Shown here piece by piece: positions 40,801-55,800 of a stretch of 64,000 nucleotides of DNA. The DNA lies in assembly GCA_002633005.1 (NCBI GenBank), contig NMRA01000420.1, positions 1 through 64,000 of the forward strand, written 5' to 3'. The notes under the pieces are model-generated. The model was not told the DNA's origin. It searched no databases and saw nothing but the letters and a program-made list of their open reading frames with translations. The first letter of the stretch is position 1. Every line of letters starts with the position of its first letter. The position numbers and the translations under genes are program-made. This stretch comes from Phoronis australis. Its lineage: Eukaryota; Animalia; Phoronida.

Positions 40801-43800
40801 TGACAAAAATGAACCATAAAAAGATTTTTCACTCACAAATGGTCCACATAACACAATCCCAAGTACCCCAATCTGGAAAAACCCAATAGTTTCTAATCCT
40901 TGCAGTAACCATGTGTACAACATGTATGCATGTGCCTACCAACATTAAGCGCCGTCTGACCACCCATAGACAGAATGACACCATCTGGCTTCTCTCGCTT
41001 CATCACATCCACAACAAAATCTGGTGTCACTGGCAGAAAGTAAACAGAGTCAGCTTGCTTCTCACCAACCGCATTCGTCTGTACCGAGGCAATGTTTGGG
41101 TTCATTAATACAGTCTCGATGTTTTCCTCCTGAAATACAAATTAGAACGTTTTTTACTATTAAGGAAAATCCAGCTGACATTGTGGCAAACGAATCCATA
41201 GTAATGAAAAAATCTGAAAAGGACAACAGAAGACAGATGAAGGAGGGCAGATAACAAGAAAAACAGAAAAATGTACGGAGAAAGAAATAAAAGAACGGAA
41301 CTAGGGGAAAGAGGGGGCAGGGGGCACAGGAGATAGGAAAAATGAGGGGGCAGGGGACACAGGAGATAGGAAAAATGAGGAGAAAGTGGAGGTCAGAGGA
41401 AGGAGTGAGAAGAAAGAGATATAAGGATGGAAAGAGAGTACAACAAATACACAATAAATAGAGAATCCTTAACTCGTCTCTGAGGTTTATGACATAGGCA
41501 AAACCTCTTGGAAATTTCGCTAAAATCCCAAGGCTTCACATGAACTGTAAAAACAATCTTTTTGCCGAAACAAAAAATGACGTGTCTAAAACTTTGAACG
41601 CCATGGCGCAAAACACTTGCGCAATGTAAAGTAAATCCAGTTATGTTTTGTCAATAATTTTATTTCAAACTTCTGTTTCTGTTTCTGTTGACAAAGGAAG
41701 TTATTACATCCGAAAATTTCAAATTTCAGTTGATCCATTCTTGTTGTTTTATTTACCGATTTATATTCTACATTTCAAACTTAACAATTGTAAATTGCAT
41801 TTATTAGCTTTCGTAACAAATGTTTAAGTTAGAATCTAATAAATACTCTTTGAAGTTGTAACACTAAAACTTAACAAATATTAATAAATAACAGTCAATA
41901 GGTCTTCCCAGCACCTGAGCACTGAATTAACCTTGACACAACACAGCAATTCAGTCTCACCACGTGGTTTATTGAGTTGGGGTTTGTCTCCATTCGAATA
42001 AACATGGATATGGAATTCGACGCCAAAGATGGGTCCATTTAAGAAGTCGTTTGCATGTCCTTCTGACTGGGAGTACAGTTCTGACACCCAATACGTCAAT
42101 CATAACCATGTCACCTTCACGCAATTCCGGCATTGTTTGGTTGTTGTTATTAGTGTTTTCCAGACGATAAAGTGTAAGGCGTATGGATTTCTACTTTGCA
42201 CTACTTTCGATGTAATATCAAAAAAATTATGTACTCGGTGTTATGAACCAGTCATGTCGCAACACATTCCAGTTCACGTGAGAAAACCAAACAGGTTATT
42301 CATGCCCAAAATCAGAATCTGTGGATGTGTTGGTCAACCACTTAATACATGTAACGTGTTTTATATGACCTGAAAAGAAATCCATGTTTTTCCCTCTGAC
42401 ATAGAGTAGCAACTCTCCTTGACTGCCATAGGTATTAAGTCTTGAGTACTATTCCCTTTCAACACTAAATTGTTACCTTCAATGCCTTGATTGCTTGTGA
42501 GCCACTGTAGTCAAACTCTCCAGCTTGTCCTATGGACAAACCACCGCTACCCAGAAGTAATACTTTCTTCACCTGAAATGCACCATCAACACCTGCCATG
42601 GTAAGCACCACATCACACAAGGTTTAGAGAATTCCATTCACAAAAAGAAACATTGAACCTAATAGGCTATAACAGCTCTAAAATTTATATAGGTATGGTG
42701 CAATTTCTTATAAAATCTGGTTCAGTATTTACAGTTATGACAATCCCATCTGCCCGAGTGACCACGACTACGGCACTTACCTGAGTAACCAAAGAACGTG
42801 ACCAAGAAGTCACATTTAATCACTATACTTCCAATAGCTCATTTTTGGGTAACAAGATCAACAATTCCAAAATTAAGAGTTTTTACCATTACAAAACAGT
42901 TTGTATTGTCAATTAACAAAATTAGTATTAATACTGTGCCATCAGGAAAGGCAATTTTTTTCTTACCTGCGGACGTGGTGGTACAGCAGGTATGGACGGC
43001 ATTACCATGGAAACGTGAGGCTTCTTAGTCTTGATTAAATCCATGAAGTTATCAAACAGAAACTCTGTATCTGTAGGTCCACCCCAGGCTTCTGGGTGAA
43101 ACTGGGCAGTGAATATGGGACGACTCTCATGGCATATACCCTATACAGAGGTGAAACTGGACAGTGAATAGGGGGCAATTATCATGGCATATACCCTACA
43201 GAAGTGAAACTGGGCGGTGAATAGGGGGCGACTCTCATGGCATATACCCTATACAGAGGTGGAACTGGACAGTGAATAGGGGGCAATTATCATGGCATAT
43301 ACCATACAGAGGTGACACTAGACAGTGAATACTGGGCAATTATCATGGCATATACCCTACAGAGGTGAAAGTGGACAGTAAACAAATGGCACCACAACTT
43401 GGGAACAGATGGCTAAATTGCTATGATTTATATTAGCCTGTGAATTGTTGTTTTGCTTTTGTAATGAATAACTGACGATTTCAAAACTGTACAGAAGTAC
43501 AGACTTGTGCAAGTCTACAGAACTTGGTTGTTGTGATAATAATGTTTCCTCGTTCCCAATAGTTATATTCATCCAGTATATTCACCCTGGCATAGATTAG
43601 TACAACAGTAAGAGAAAAGATGTGTAGAAATAACATCAACATATTTTCAAACACCAAACGTCACCGGTAGCTTGTCTTCTCCAAAGGTGGAGAAAGGCTT
43701 GAAGTCATAGTGTCCACATTGATAGGGGCGAAGAGGGCCTAGGAAGACTTGTCATATGCCACTGTAACACATTTTGTTTCTGTCACATCTGGAGGTGAGG

Positions 43801-46800
43801 CACAGTGCGAAGAATATTGGAATTTTAGTGTCATATTTCTTAGACAATAAATGTAAGGAAAGTTATTAATTTGCATCATATAGTAGTCGTCAAACTACAT
43901 TTTGTGAAATCATTAAAATTTACCTCAAACTATTGAGCCGTAGAGAATGGAAAATTTTCAATTTAGCAATTATTTTTGTCCAAATTTGAAACACGGTAAA
44001 ATTTCACCAATTTAGGACACACTATGGTTCACAAGTTGAATTTAATATTTCATTTTTTTATTCATTTTTTCATGAATCATAAGTAGCACCAAATAAACAC
44101 TTCATCATTATCAAACTGTACACCATAGACAACATTCTGAGAATTCCTCGGCATTCACAACAATGTCAGATGGCTTTGAAAAAGAGATCACATTTGGCAA
44201 TTATTTTTGTCTAAAATTGGTGACATTATCGCTGATATCAAATTAACATTTAGTCACATTTAATTATTCCACATCTGCTTGCCTCGTTCGACTTATCGTT
44301 GGCATTCACAAACATTGGTTTCCATCCTGCAGGCAGACTGTCACTGTCAATAGCAAAGCCATGGTTCTGAGAGGTGATGAATGCCTGTCCATTTAACAGA
44401 TTCACTACAGGCTGGTTGTGTCCCCTGTAATACATGAATAAGTACACAATACATCTTACAGTAGGTGACAGGATGTCTTTCTCTTGAAAACTGTCGACAT
44501 TTCAAAGCAATATTTTTTTTCTAATTTTTAAGTTACAGAACAGCATTTGTGCCCTTCTTGGATGATTGCTCATAAGTTTCTACAAAACCATAACTTTTAC
44601 AAAGCTAGACAAATTGGCATTGTAAAAGTTGACAAATTTTCAATAAACCTAATCAACTTTTACAACACTCAGTACAAGACAAACGATAGGTACGAGGTGA
44701 CTGATGCCTTGCTGAACCTGTACAATCCGACGATTTCCACCAGACAGGTTATGTGTCCATTGAGTAGAAAGCTGTGAAGTCTTTGACAGATTGTGTGAAA
44801 ATATTCACTAAATCTTGAGAAGTATTGTCTGCCACGCTATCCATGATGATGCATGCGACCATTGACGAAACTAACTAATTTTTGGGGGAGAAAAAATGAA
44901 AGAAAAACACCCAGCAAAAAAATTCTGAATATAATTTGTTTTTAGCATAGTTTTTAACAATTTCGAGGTGGTGATCAAAAACCACATCAGAATACAATGC
45001 AATACGAGCTGTTATGAAATTGCCTGTTGATGGTTTAGAATTCAGTAGACTCTTTATAAAGCAAATGATAACAGAAGTCTTCAGCATATGAATGACTCTA
45101 GACAAATATCCTAATTTGGCAAAACACGGAACATCACACCTCAGAAATGGCATTCAGATACTATGCTTCAAGCACTGTTCTCCAAAACACTGCAAAGAAA
45201 TGCTTTTAAGATGTTCCACCTTTTGCATGAGGGCTATCAAGAAATATGACTTTCACAATTTTCATGAAAAAAAATTAAAAATGCAACATAAAATTTGAAC
45301 AAAATCATAATTTAGAAAACCGTAACAGCATTTTTAAGATTTCATCATCAACATTTATATCAGCTGAAATGTGGTCACATGTTGATGATACCAATGTTTT
45401 GCTATCAAAGTAACTTTCTTTTTTTGGTAAATTTTAACAAAAAGATATGACCACACGAACCAATCAATGGAGAATTCCACATGCTTTTCATTTTCAGAAT
45501 ATATATACTTTTACCGAGTTAAATCTAGTTACATAGATATTTAGCTAAATTCACCACTTGTTGATCAGGTCCTTCATAACTTTAACTCTCATTTTTGTTG
45601 GGAAGTATCACACGATACTTAATATAACACAAATTTACCAACCTGTTCCCCATGGGTAACTTGTAGGATTTAGCCCCAGCAGCCAAGCCCAAGATCTGGT
45701 TGCCCATGCAAATTCCAAATATGGGCTCTGACGAGTTGCGCTCAATCACCTATGGAGAACATAACGTAATGTAAACAAGAGCGCACCGCTAAAACAGGTT
45801 TATAACAAACCTAAGATTGCGTCTACATAGAATGAAAAATGTCGACTAGAATTCTGTGCTGGACGGAGGTTAAATGGAGAAATAGCAAATATGTTGTTGT
45901 TTTACCTTGCGGACATTTGATATGAGTTCCTTGGCTAGAGATGGATCTCCTGGTCCGTTGGAAATGAACAGTCCATCAAACTCTTCTGACTCTAAGTTGT
46001 GGTTCCAAGGGACAACTTTCACCTCAGCTCCACGCTACCAAATAACAATGCATTTTTTTAGTTTAATACATTTATTTACCCAAAATCGTGTTACTTGTGA
46101 ACATGGCTAGGGTTGGACAACATTTGTCACCCTTCATGATTTTTCAATCTCTTTGACGGTTAGGGACATGGATGACAAAAAACAGCCACAAAATATATTT
46201 TGTGCATATCTATCAAGGATGTTGGTGGATACACAAAGAAAACCTAAATTGTACACTCAATTAATAAGTACACTCAATTAATAAGTACACTCAATTAATA
46301 AGTACACTCAATTAATAAGTACACTCAATTAATAAGTACACTCACTTAATAAGTACACTCAATTAATCAGTACACTCAACTCACCTTAACAAGATTACGG
46401 ATCATGTTCTGCTTGACTCCACAGTCGACAACGAGAACTCGGTGGGCGTTACCAAGACCGTAATAACAAGGCTCCTATAAATGAGGAAAGAAAACCTCGT
46501 ACACTCATGTCTCTACACAATGTACACTGACAGTGGCAAGTTTTGTAGAAAATTATTTACGATTTTGATGACATTGTCGAAATGCTGAGAGTAGGAATGA
46601 AATGACACATAGACACTACAAAGGTCTACAAGCTAATTTTGACCAAGCTTGGTTAAACCATTTATGGTTTGTTACCTTAGTTGATAATTTTCTTCCAGTT
46701 CGAATTTCATTAATCCCTTATTAATCATAGCTTGGTTAGCTTAAAAAGACTACAGGTCAGTACTTAAGGTAAATCGGGGGTGTCAAAAATCTTTCATATA

Positions 46801-49800
46801 TTTGTTGGGTCACCTTTTTCAACATTGAATTCCAAGCTTCAATTAAACTTCTGTCTAGGTGAACTTTGCTATCTTTAGTGAATTTCTACACTAAGCAAGA
46901 CCCACCATTTTTTACCAACTGGAGATCAAAAATAGACATAACCCATGACCCTTCTGCGCGTGACAACATAGCCCATGCAGTGCACTTTAATGTGCTAACT
47001 AATAAAGGTGCCTGCCGCGTTGCTTGTATGGAAATCTAAGCTTAGTATGGAACCATAAGGTAGGCTCAAGAGCTTGTATTATCCATACATGAACAAGCTT
47101 GTGCAATTTTCAGCTTGATTATTCTTGCAAACAATTATTTTTTCAAACTTGGAGAAGGTGGATAAAAAACAATAGGTGGAGTACCAGTTTAAGCCACAGC
47201 AAAAGTACAGGAAAAACCAATAGGTGGAGTACCAGTTTAAGCCACAGCAAAAGTACAGAAAAAACCAATAGGTGAAGTTTCAGTTTGAGCCACAGTATAA
47301 GTGCAGAAAAAAATCAATAGACGAAGTTCCAGTTTAAGCCAAAGTATAAGTACAGGAAAAAAGAACTGGTAACTTGCCTTGTTTAACAATGCAGATTTTT
47401 CAAGCCAACACAAATGTAAAGTAAATCAAATCATTTGGCATTTGCCAGTGTGAAATGGGATGTCCAAAGGTAACGATCACATTATGTAAACAACAATGAA
47501 TATACCTTAGTATAAGTATAGTACAATATGGGTAAGGTGAAAGAAATTGACACCAACCACGAACAAAAAACTACATTGTCTTATTTCATCCACCTGTCCC
47601 TTGAGAAAACAAGTGGCAGGCTAATAACTGCAGGTTAAATACACTTAGATCAAAATAAAAAATAAACCGTCCACTTTCACAGTTTCTACCAGATTATTGA
47701 GCTTATTTCTGCTGAAAACAAACAGAACTTTACATTCAAGAACTGACAGCTCAAGCCAATCTCAACAGTTACAGACTTGTTTCTGATGTCCAACAAAGGA
47801 CCACCCGTGCAGCAACCCATGCGACATACTAATAAAACTGAAACTTGGAATGTCCAAATTCATTTAATTATGAAGGTCCCATGTGGAATTCCTTACCAAT
47901 CACCATTCAACATTATGCTTCGTTATCCCTGTTTAAAAAACAAGTTAAATCTCACCTTTCCAGTATGTAAAATTCCATTGGTAATTTCAATTTGTTTTAA
48001 TTTATATTAATTTTAATTTATCTTAATTCTAGTTATTTTTAAATTTATTTTAATTCAGTTTAAATGTTGTAATATATTCGTTGCGTACATATTCAAATTA
48101 ACTGTAATATTCCACAGTAATATTGTATAATTACAATTACTTGACAATGCGCCCTCAAGTTTAAATAAGTTTACCTAACTGTTGATCTATCTATCCATCT
48201 ATCAAATCTAAATGAAATCTCTGCTTCAGATAAGACATGAACTCATCCTTGTCAAACATTTTTATAATAGCAGGGACGACTTAATAATATCAAATTTAAA
48301 AAACCTATGACTTAAAAATTCGCACTTCTTCAATATTACGAATCCGAAACGACTCTCAGTTTCCAAAAACCAATGATTTTTGATTTTGCAAAGCTCTGAC
48401 ATTGGGCTTGTTGACCGCTTACTTTACAGGACACTTCACTAATCAAATTCCTCATGTTTGGGTCAACTAACTCCACAGGCTGACCATCAAATTCAATCTT
48501 CCCAAGCACGGTTCCCTGCAATGAAACATAAATGATCCATAAGCAGACAAAAGCTATATCAACATCAGATAGTCAGCATGCCTCCCAAGTCTCTTACTGG
48601 AATTCAAGCTCAGTGCTGCACCATGTTTGAAACGTTCTGAGCCATATTTGGAAATATTGAGCCATATTTGGAAATCTTGAGCAACATTCGAAAAACTCTG
48701 AGCCATGAACATAAAGCCCGAGTCTCTTCTGCTTTACATGACAAGTGATATAAATAGTTGGTAATAATTCTTTTCCTATAAAAATAACATGGTCAACAAG
48801 TAGACATGATGTGTAACCATGTACTGCTGTTTAATGTGAATGATCTCAAAGGGAGATTAGGACATGACATGACTCACAACTTATATCATGTTTCTATTGT
48901 TTACTCACCAAGAATCCAGTCACCATAGAGTATTGTAAAAAGACAATAACATTTAACCCAGGACATTCAAAAACAAGTTATTTTTTACACATTACAAAAA
49001 TTAGATCAACTACAACAATTCAAAACATGTGTTTCCATTGTATCTTGCCTTGCAAAATACAATATCTAGATACAATAATATCTAACATGTGACGTTCAAA
49101 AACAAGTCCACTTTTTCATACCCGGTATTATAAAAACAACTTTACATCAAAAATTCAAAGTATTGTTTCAATTAGATGTAGCAAGACATGGTCTAGTTTG
49201 CAAGAAAGCAGTTACTTTCAAACAAAGGAACAGTCATCATTCGTCAAAACTAATCAGAAAATTTATGCATATTACTTATTGATATTGCAGAGGTAACTGA
49301 TACAGCATTGTGAGCGTCAGAGTTAGATGCTAACAAATGCCACGTTTGCCCAAATTATGCTGTAGATTGGAACAATAATTGCCTAGTGATGAACACGATC
49401 TCTCTTAAAGCCCTACTGCCACAACAGACCCATTCAATTTTCCAATTACCTACCCTCTCGCGGACAACTTTAGTAACCATCCTAGTATCAATGCCATACA
49501 AAGCTGGTACATTATCTTGAACCAGCCATTCTGACAGCGACATGGTGGCATTCCAATGACTGTAGTGGTGGCAGTAATCTTGGACTATCAGTCCTGACAC
49601 CTAGTGTGGGACAAACATATCATCACAACAAACAATTCTGACATCTAGTGTTTGATAAGCACACCAACAGTCAACTATGGTTCCTAGTGGCTGACAAAGA
49701 AACTGTCACAATTGTTAGGCCTGACGGTATATCTCACAACAAAATGACATGAGCAACTCGAGTATATCCCACATCTTGTAACAGCAATAATTGTGAAATA

Positions 49801-52800
49801 ACATAAACACAACTTTTCAGAACAGCAAGGATCAGTGTGAGTCTTTTTAAAGTAACAGTAAGTCCATGCAAACCCAGGGATTTGATGTGTATCAGTGTTA
49901 CTCCTAACTGTTCGACTTTTCATGCTTACATAGCACATGCATTGAAAGTACGTCAGTTGTATTTTAAAATATATATTACATTGTCAGTTTATTGCCTTGT
50001 ATTGTTACTTTCCTATAGATTGAACACAATGAAATATGCCTCATCACAAGATGTAGTCAGAATAGTTAGTGTACTGTTCAGCATTCTTGAATGGGGATAT
50101 AATACAGAGCAAATTCCCAGCTTTTCTTATGAATTCTTTGCGATCATCACCACAGACCATGCAGTGGGATGTTCAAACTATTCACAACACCACATATTGT
50201 GCAGTGGGACATTCAAATTATTCACAACACCACAGACTGTGAAGTGAGACGTTCAAATTATTCACAACACCACAGACTGTGCAGTGGAACGTTCAAATTA
50301 TTCACATAAAAATGAAAGAAATTGTTTTTAGTTCTGCATACCACAGGGGGTCCTTGGTTCAAGCAACAGTTGCTTTCATCCTTTCAAACCGCATGTTGAA
50401 TATTTGAAATTGAGTGCTGTAATCATATTTAAGGAACCAAATTGCATGTAATGCAATTCAAGGAAGTCTTTAAAGAACGCATCAATGTACATGACAGCAT
50501 GTTTTCTCATTATTAGGCTAATTTTCTTGCTTGAAATGGAAATTGACGTTATTAGAGCTCAACATAAAAATAACGAATGATGGGCACCCCAACCTTGTCG
50601 TATGGATTGGATTAATTTGTTTTGTATTCAGAAGTGCGTTAAATTGTTGAGATTATAAAGTGCAATGTCCGCAGCACATTCCCTTAGACGAACTGGTAAA
50701 TACGGTATACAAGCAGCATTGTCTCATTATTACACTTCCCACCCACAATGCAGCATTCTATCTACTACCCTTCACCATTAGTACATTTCCCATCCACCCT
50801 GTGTTAGTCTATCTAATACCCTTCATTAGTACATTTCCCACCCACCCTATGCTAGTCTATCTAATACCCTTCATCATTAGTACATTTCCCACCCACAATG
50901 TGCTAATCTATCTAATGTCTTTCACTAATACTGTATTCTACAGTATTCCAGTGCAAATTGGATGTTGATATCTCTTATAATTGGCGTGCAGCAGTTTGGA
51001 TGGTTTCTGTATTGACATGTCAAAATTCCATACAACAGATTAATTGGCTCTCCAAAGACAAAAGGACATTGATGCCACCAATTTATTCAAATGATGAGAT
51101 ACTGGGATGCAACCATGCAGTTGTGCGATTCAGTGTTATTTTAGGATATCGGTTGCAGAAAGGCAAAAATGTAATAGTCTAGGTGCACAGTGAACGAACT
51201 GCTTTGATTGCGATAAAAGCAAAAAACTTGCAGCAGTTATCCGACATCCAAATCACTGACAACAGAAGAACACAGCAGTGAAATTGATCCTACAGTTACT
51301 GAAACCTCAGCAACTTCACTCAGCCAGCATTTAGGCAGGGCTGATTGACCATTGGCCTCAGCATCAAACCACATTTTATAGATAATATACATTATAGTAC
51401 TATTTTAGTTTTAAGTGGTGTTGCTTGTGAAGACAGAATTGTGTCTTCTGACATTAGCCTACTCCAGTCCCCCCCAACACGGAGCTGGCCAGAGTTGAGA
51501 TTAACCTGTCTAAACAGCTCTATGGCAGACATTCTTGCAATATCAAGACATGTTCAGGTTCCCCCATATAGTCAACACTGCATCCCACAAAATCTTCATT
51601 AACTTCTCAATAACAAACATTCTACTCTCAAAATCTCATCATCTTTTAAGTAACACAACAATAGGCCATTGTAAGGTATATCTACACTGTCTTCTTTCTG
51701 TGTTTTCATCCTAGTGCAAGACGAACAGTAAAGTACAACTGGATATTTGAGTGATTAAAACAAGTTTTCTTGTGAAGCGTAATCATTGCTAGAACCACCA
51801 GATTGGTCAAAGACATTGAAAAGTTTCACATCATGGTGTACTTCGTAAATAAATTTGTATAAGAACCACGAGTGTCACCAACTCTCCATACCATGAACAC
51901 TGATCTGAGTTTCCTGTGGGTGGAGCAGGGCAACTAACGCATTAACAGTGTCTTCATGGCATCTGAAGATCCAATAACTCTTTGAAGCGTCGACCATTAA
52001 TTGACTTGCAAGTCATGACGATGCTGGACAAAATAATGTGGGAATTTTTTGCTATTTCAACACTGAGCAAATTGATATCTGCATTTGTATTTGGCGATAA
52101 ACAAGAGATGAAAGCTATAACGGTACAAAGTCATACTACACCGAAGGCGGTGATTAATGCACCCCTACCTGAAATGTCTGGGGCACGCTACGTAATGTCA
52201 ATTGGCTTATGGAACAGCAACATTCCAGCCTCGTCAACCCACCATTTTAGTGGTGGCCATTTTGCTAGTCCATGTTACTAAGGCCTCATAGCTTACGAGC
52301 AAAACATTTGCGTTTCCCGAACTCGGTTTGTGGAAAGAACCCCTTCTTACTTGAATTTTTTCGGACTCGGCAAACTGAAGCAAACCATGCTTGTCCTTCA
52401 GTTTAACATCAGGCACACCATAACTGCCTTGTATGGGGTAGGTCAGAGTTAGTATTTGTCCCCTGTAGCTAGGATCTGTCAGCGCCTCAGGATAACTGAA
52501 ATCAGAGGCACGAAACATTGGCGATCAATCCTAAGGACGTACAAAATACTGCTAGACTGTCGCTTTATTGATCACGGAAATTTAGCTCAGTGGATTTGTC
52601 TTCAAGATGTGACATAATAATACCAATTTGAGCAGAATATTACTTCAAAGCAGGACTGCTAACAAGCGACTGCATAGGGATGGTAAACAAAAAAAAACTG
52701 AAAGCAAAAGAACGAGGTTTGTAGCCGCTGCTTGGCAAGTTCAAGAACGATAAAGTGTTTTCAAATTAGGACACAGTATGGTGGAACAGTAAATTTTCAT

Positions 52801-55800
52801 ATTTTTATATAAAAATTTCAACAAGAGTAAAAAGAAGACAGTTTTACTGGATTATTTGAAAACTATAAAGTACGACTGTCATCAACAAACACACGACGAA
52901 ACTGAACATTTTTGGCAAAGTAAGCATTTGAAAAACAAAAAATGACAATTTTTGTCATTATTTTTGTCTTTGATCGAATTTGAAGAAACTTTACCATACA
53001 ACAGGTATGATAAACCGAAGAAAGTTAATTTTTCAATTGTTCAACAGCTTAAATGGCTTGTTGCGGTTCTGTGGATGAATGTAACTCATGGTATCAAGAA
53101 AAGGCACTTAACACTTCACTTACAAAGCCTCGTCCTGAAATAAGAATTAGCTGAGTTAGCAAATTTGTTTTTTTTAAACATTTTATTTCTAAATACACTA
53201 AATATTAGCACATTTGTAAAGCAATTTAAAAGACAAAACTCTAGGAGTCAATTACATGTACACATACACGTTTTGTTTACAGAAATGCTGTTGATAAACA
53301 TACCATTACAATACAGTATCAATGAAAAATATCTGATGTCAACACCAATTAACAGAGCACAACTTTACATGAAATTCCTGCAATTATCAGTTGAATGTAC
53401 CATAAACTTTCTTAAGGATTTGTTTTATATATTCCAGAACAGAATGAAGCAGTGTAACCTTTGTATTGCCCCTAATCCAGGATTTCTAAAATAAATATCA
53501 GTTAAGAAGACTTAAATTGCACAAATGGCTCTTGAAGAAATTGCTATGAAGATATTTCATTGGGTTCGCTGATTCAGCCTGCCAGCTTATGACAGATCAG
53601 CTGGGTTGACCTTCCTGGACATCTGACTGGTTTCCAAAGACAAATTTCAGCTCACCAACCAATCAGATGCTTCAGCCAGATGATCCCGCTGAACCGTTAA
53701 CATGCCAGATGAGAGAATCACGTGCAACAAATAAAATTTTCTAGAGACTCTGATTTCCCATTTTCCAAAACAGAGAAATCCGTTTCGGCAAATGTTACTT
53801 TTTCCGCTGAATTATGGCGCAGCACTGTTTTACTGATAACTTAATGAATGCCATGTTTACTAGCTGTTCTTCTGAGGAAAATCAGGGTCTGCTACTCCAC
53901 TTCGAAGTACATACCCTGTTAAACCTGTGTTAAAGACCACCTCTCCAGCTAAAGACTGTTCACTACCAAAGGAATGACCAGGCAGTTTGGTGCCATCATC
54001 CAACACTAGCCATGCTCTCCTGGGCTGAAAGTAAGAAAAGATAAACACAACCACTCACGGATGCCATCTTGAGGGCTAGAAAAAACATGATATGGCTACT
54101 TTGTGACAAAATGATTCAACCTATGGACATGGTCAGACATTTTGTTTCATGGTGTGAAAATCATAAAAGTAAAATGAGGAGTTGGATTATTATTGATCTT
54201 GAATATGGCAACTTTTCTCTTATTTACATATTACACAATATGGCGAACAAGTGAAATTCTATTTTGCTAACCTGCTGCAGTCTATTATAAACATGGTTTT
54301 AAGTGTGTAGATGACACAAACCAACATTAAATGCTTACGTTCGCAAAACGGTAATCAGCCATTGCAAGAACCGAAAAATTACCATTTTGGCAAATTATTT
54401 TTGTGCGAAAAAAGTGGAGAAACACCACAGAGTTTTTTGACGTCACTTGGTTCTACGAATCGCTTACTTGTTTGACAGGTCAACAATTATCTCTCTCTCC
54501 AGGTTAGTTGCATTGTTTTCATGTCTTCCATGTTTGTTACCTTACAACAAGAACATCAATTTGCTACTCAGGGCTTCCTCATTCAAACATCTTTTTACAA
54601 AAACTGGGAATTTAGGAAATCGTGCCCAGGTAGTGTATCAGGGGCCCGTTCCAAGAAACTGACTTAAGTTCATTATTGACTTAAGTCTAAGATTTGTCTT
54701 AACTTCCAAACTTTGAAACTTCCATATCTGGTAAATTCATCAAAATTAAGCCAAAACGTATGTCAAACACTTAAATCAAGCTTAACATCTCTTTCTTGAA
54801 ATGATTTTGAGACAAATTGAACTTTTATTCTAAAAGTTAGTAAAATTTAGGAATTGTCTTAGCTAAGTCAATTTTGTTGGAATGGGCCCCAGGGCTTTAA
54901 TACAGGCTCCACTATATTGACACAATGAGGGCAAATCGACTACTATCACCATCTGCAGACAAACACAATACTGAATACACTGGAAGACCTGGCCAAACTG
55001 ATACAACAAAAGTGAAGTTCTGTTTTACTTGTCAGGGTAACAAATTTGGACTTTGTTCAATGACAAGCTTAGCTCACCTGCCTTGGTTGGAAAAACACTG
55101 CAAAGAGCGCAAAGTGGCGGGCGATAAGTGATGCTCATGTTGAGCCGACAGGATATTGGGCATGGATAGCAACAAGAAGGTTAGGTCTTCTGGCATGACC
55201 AATAAAGCAAATATGCTCACAACAAAAAAATGGGGCTTTTTGTTGATAAGAACAGAACAGGCTTGTTCATAAACCCGTGTTTGAACAACTTCTAGGATAA
55301 ATAACTCAGGATGAATGCTAGGTTTACACAGGTAGGTTCACTGATGCCTGCAGACAAACCGTCATCATATCCTTGTTGATCTCAAACTCTTATTAAATGA
55401 ACGTTATACAAATATTGATTGATCCTGAAGATGACATCTGAAGCACCACCATCTGTGGCCCTGTGGAAACATGATGAACGACACACGGACTTCCGTGTGT
55501 GGGCATCAATGTGCATGCTTTGGTCGGAAGTATACCCGATCACATCGTCACCTGACTTGCACATGCCTGTGGGCACTGAACTTGTTTGGGCTTAAGCCGC
55601 TGGATCGGGGTTCCCTTGATTTTGTTTACTTCGATCACGGCCCATTTTAATAAAATGTAATTCAAGTCAAAGGTGGTTGTCATACTCGGTAACTAAACTG
55701 AAAGGGGTTTCCCAGAATAACTGAATGTTATGACGGTTTCATTACCTTAACCAATAAGAACCCATGTTAAACAAAATTTAACAGTGCTAGCTTTTGTAGC

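Noticed and set aside
55077-55175. Alternative first coding exon ending CAG|GTGAG
   Set aside because: The frame compatible with exon 2 has a TGA and no ATG after it.
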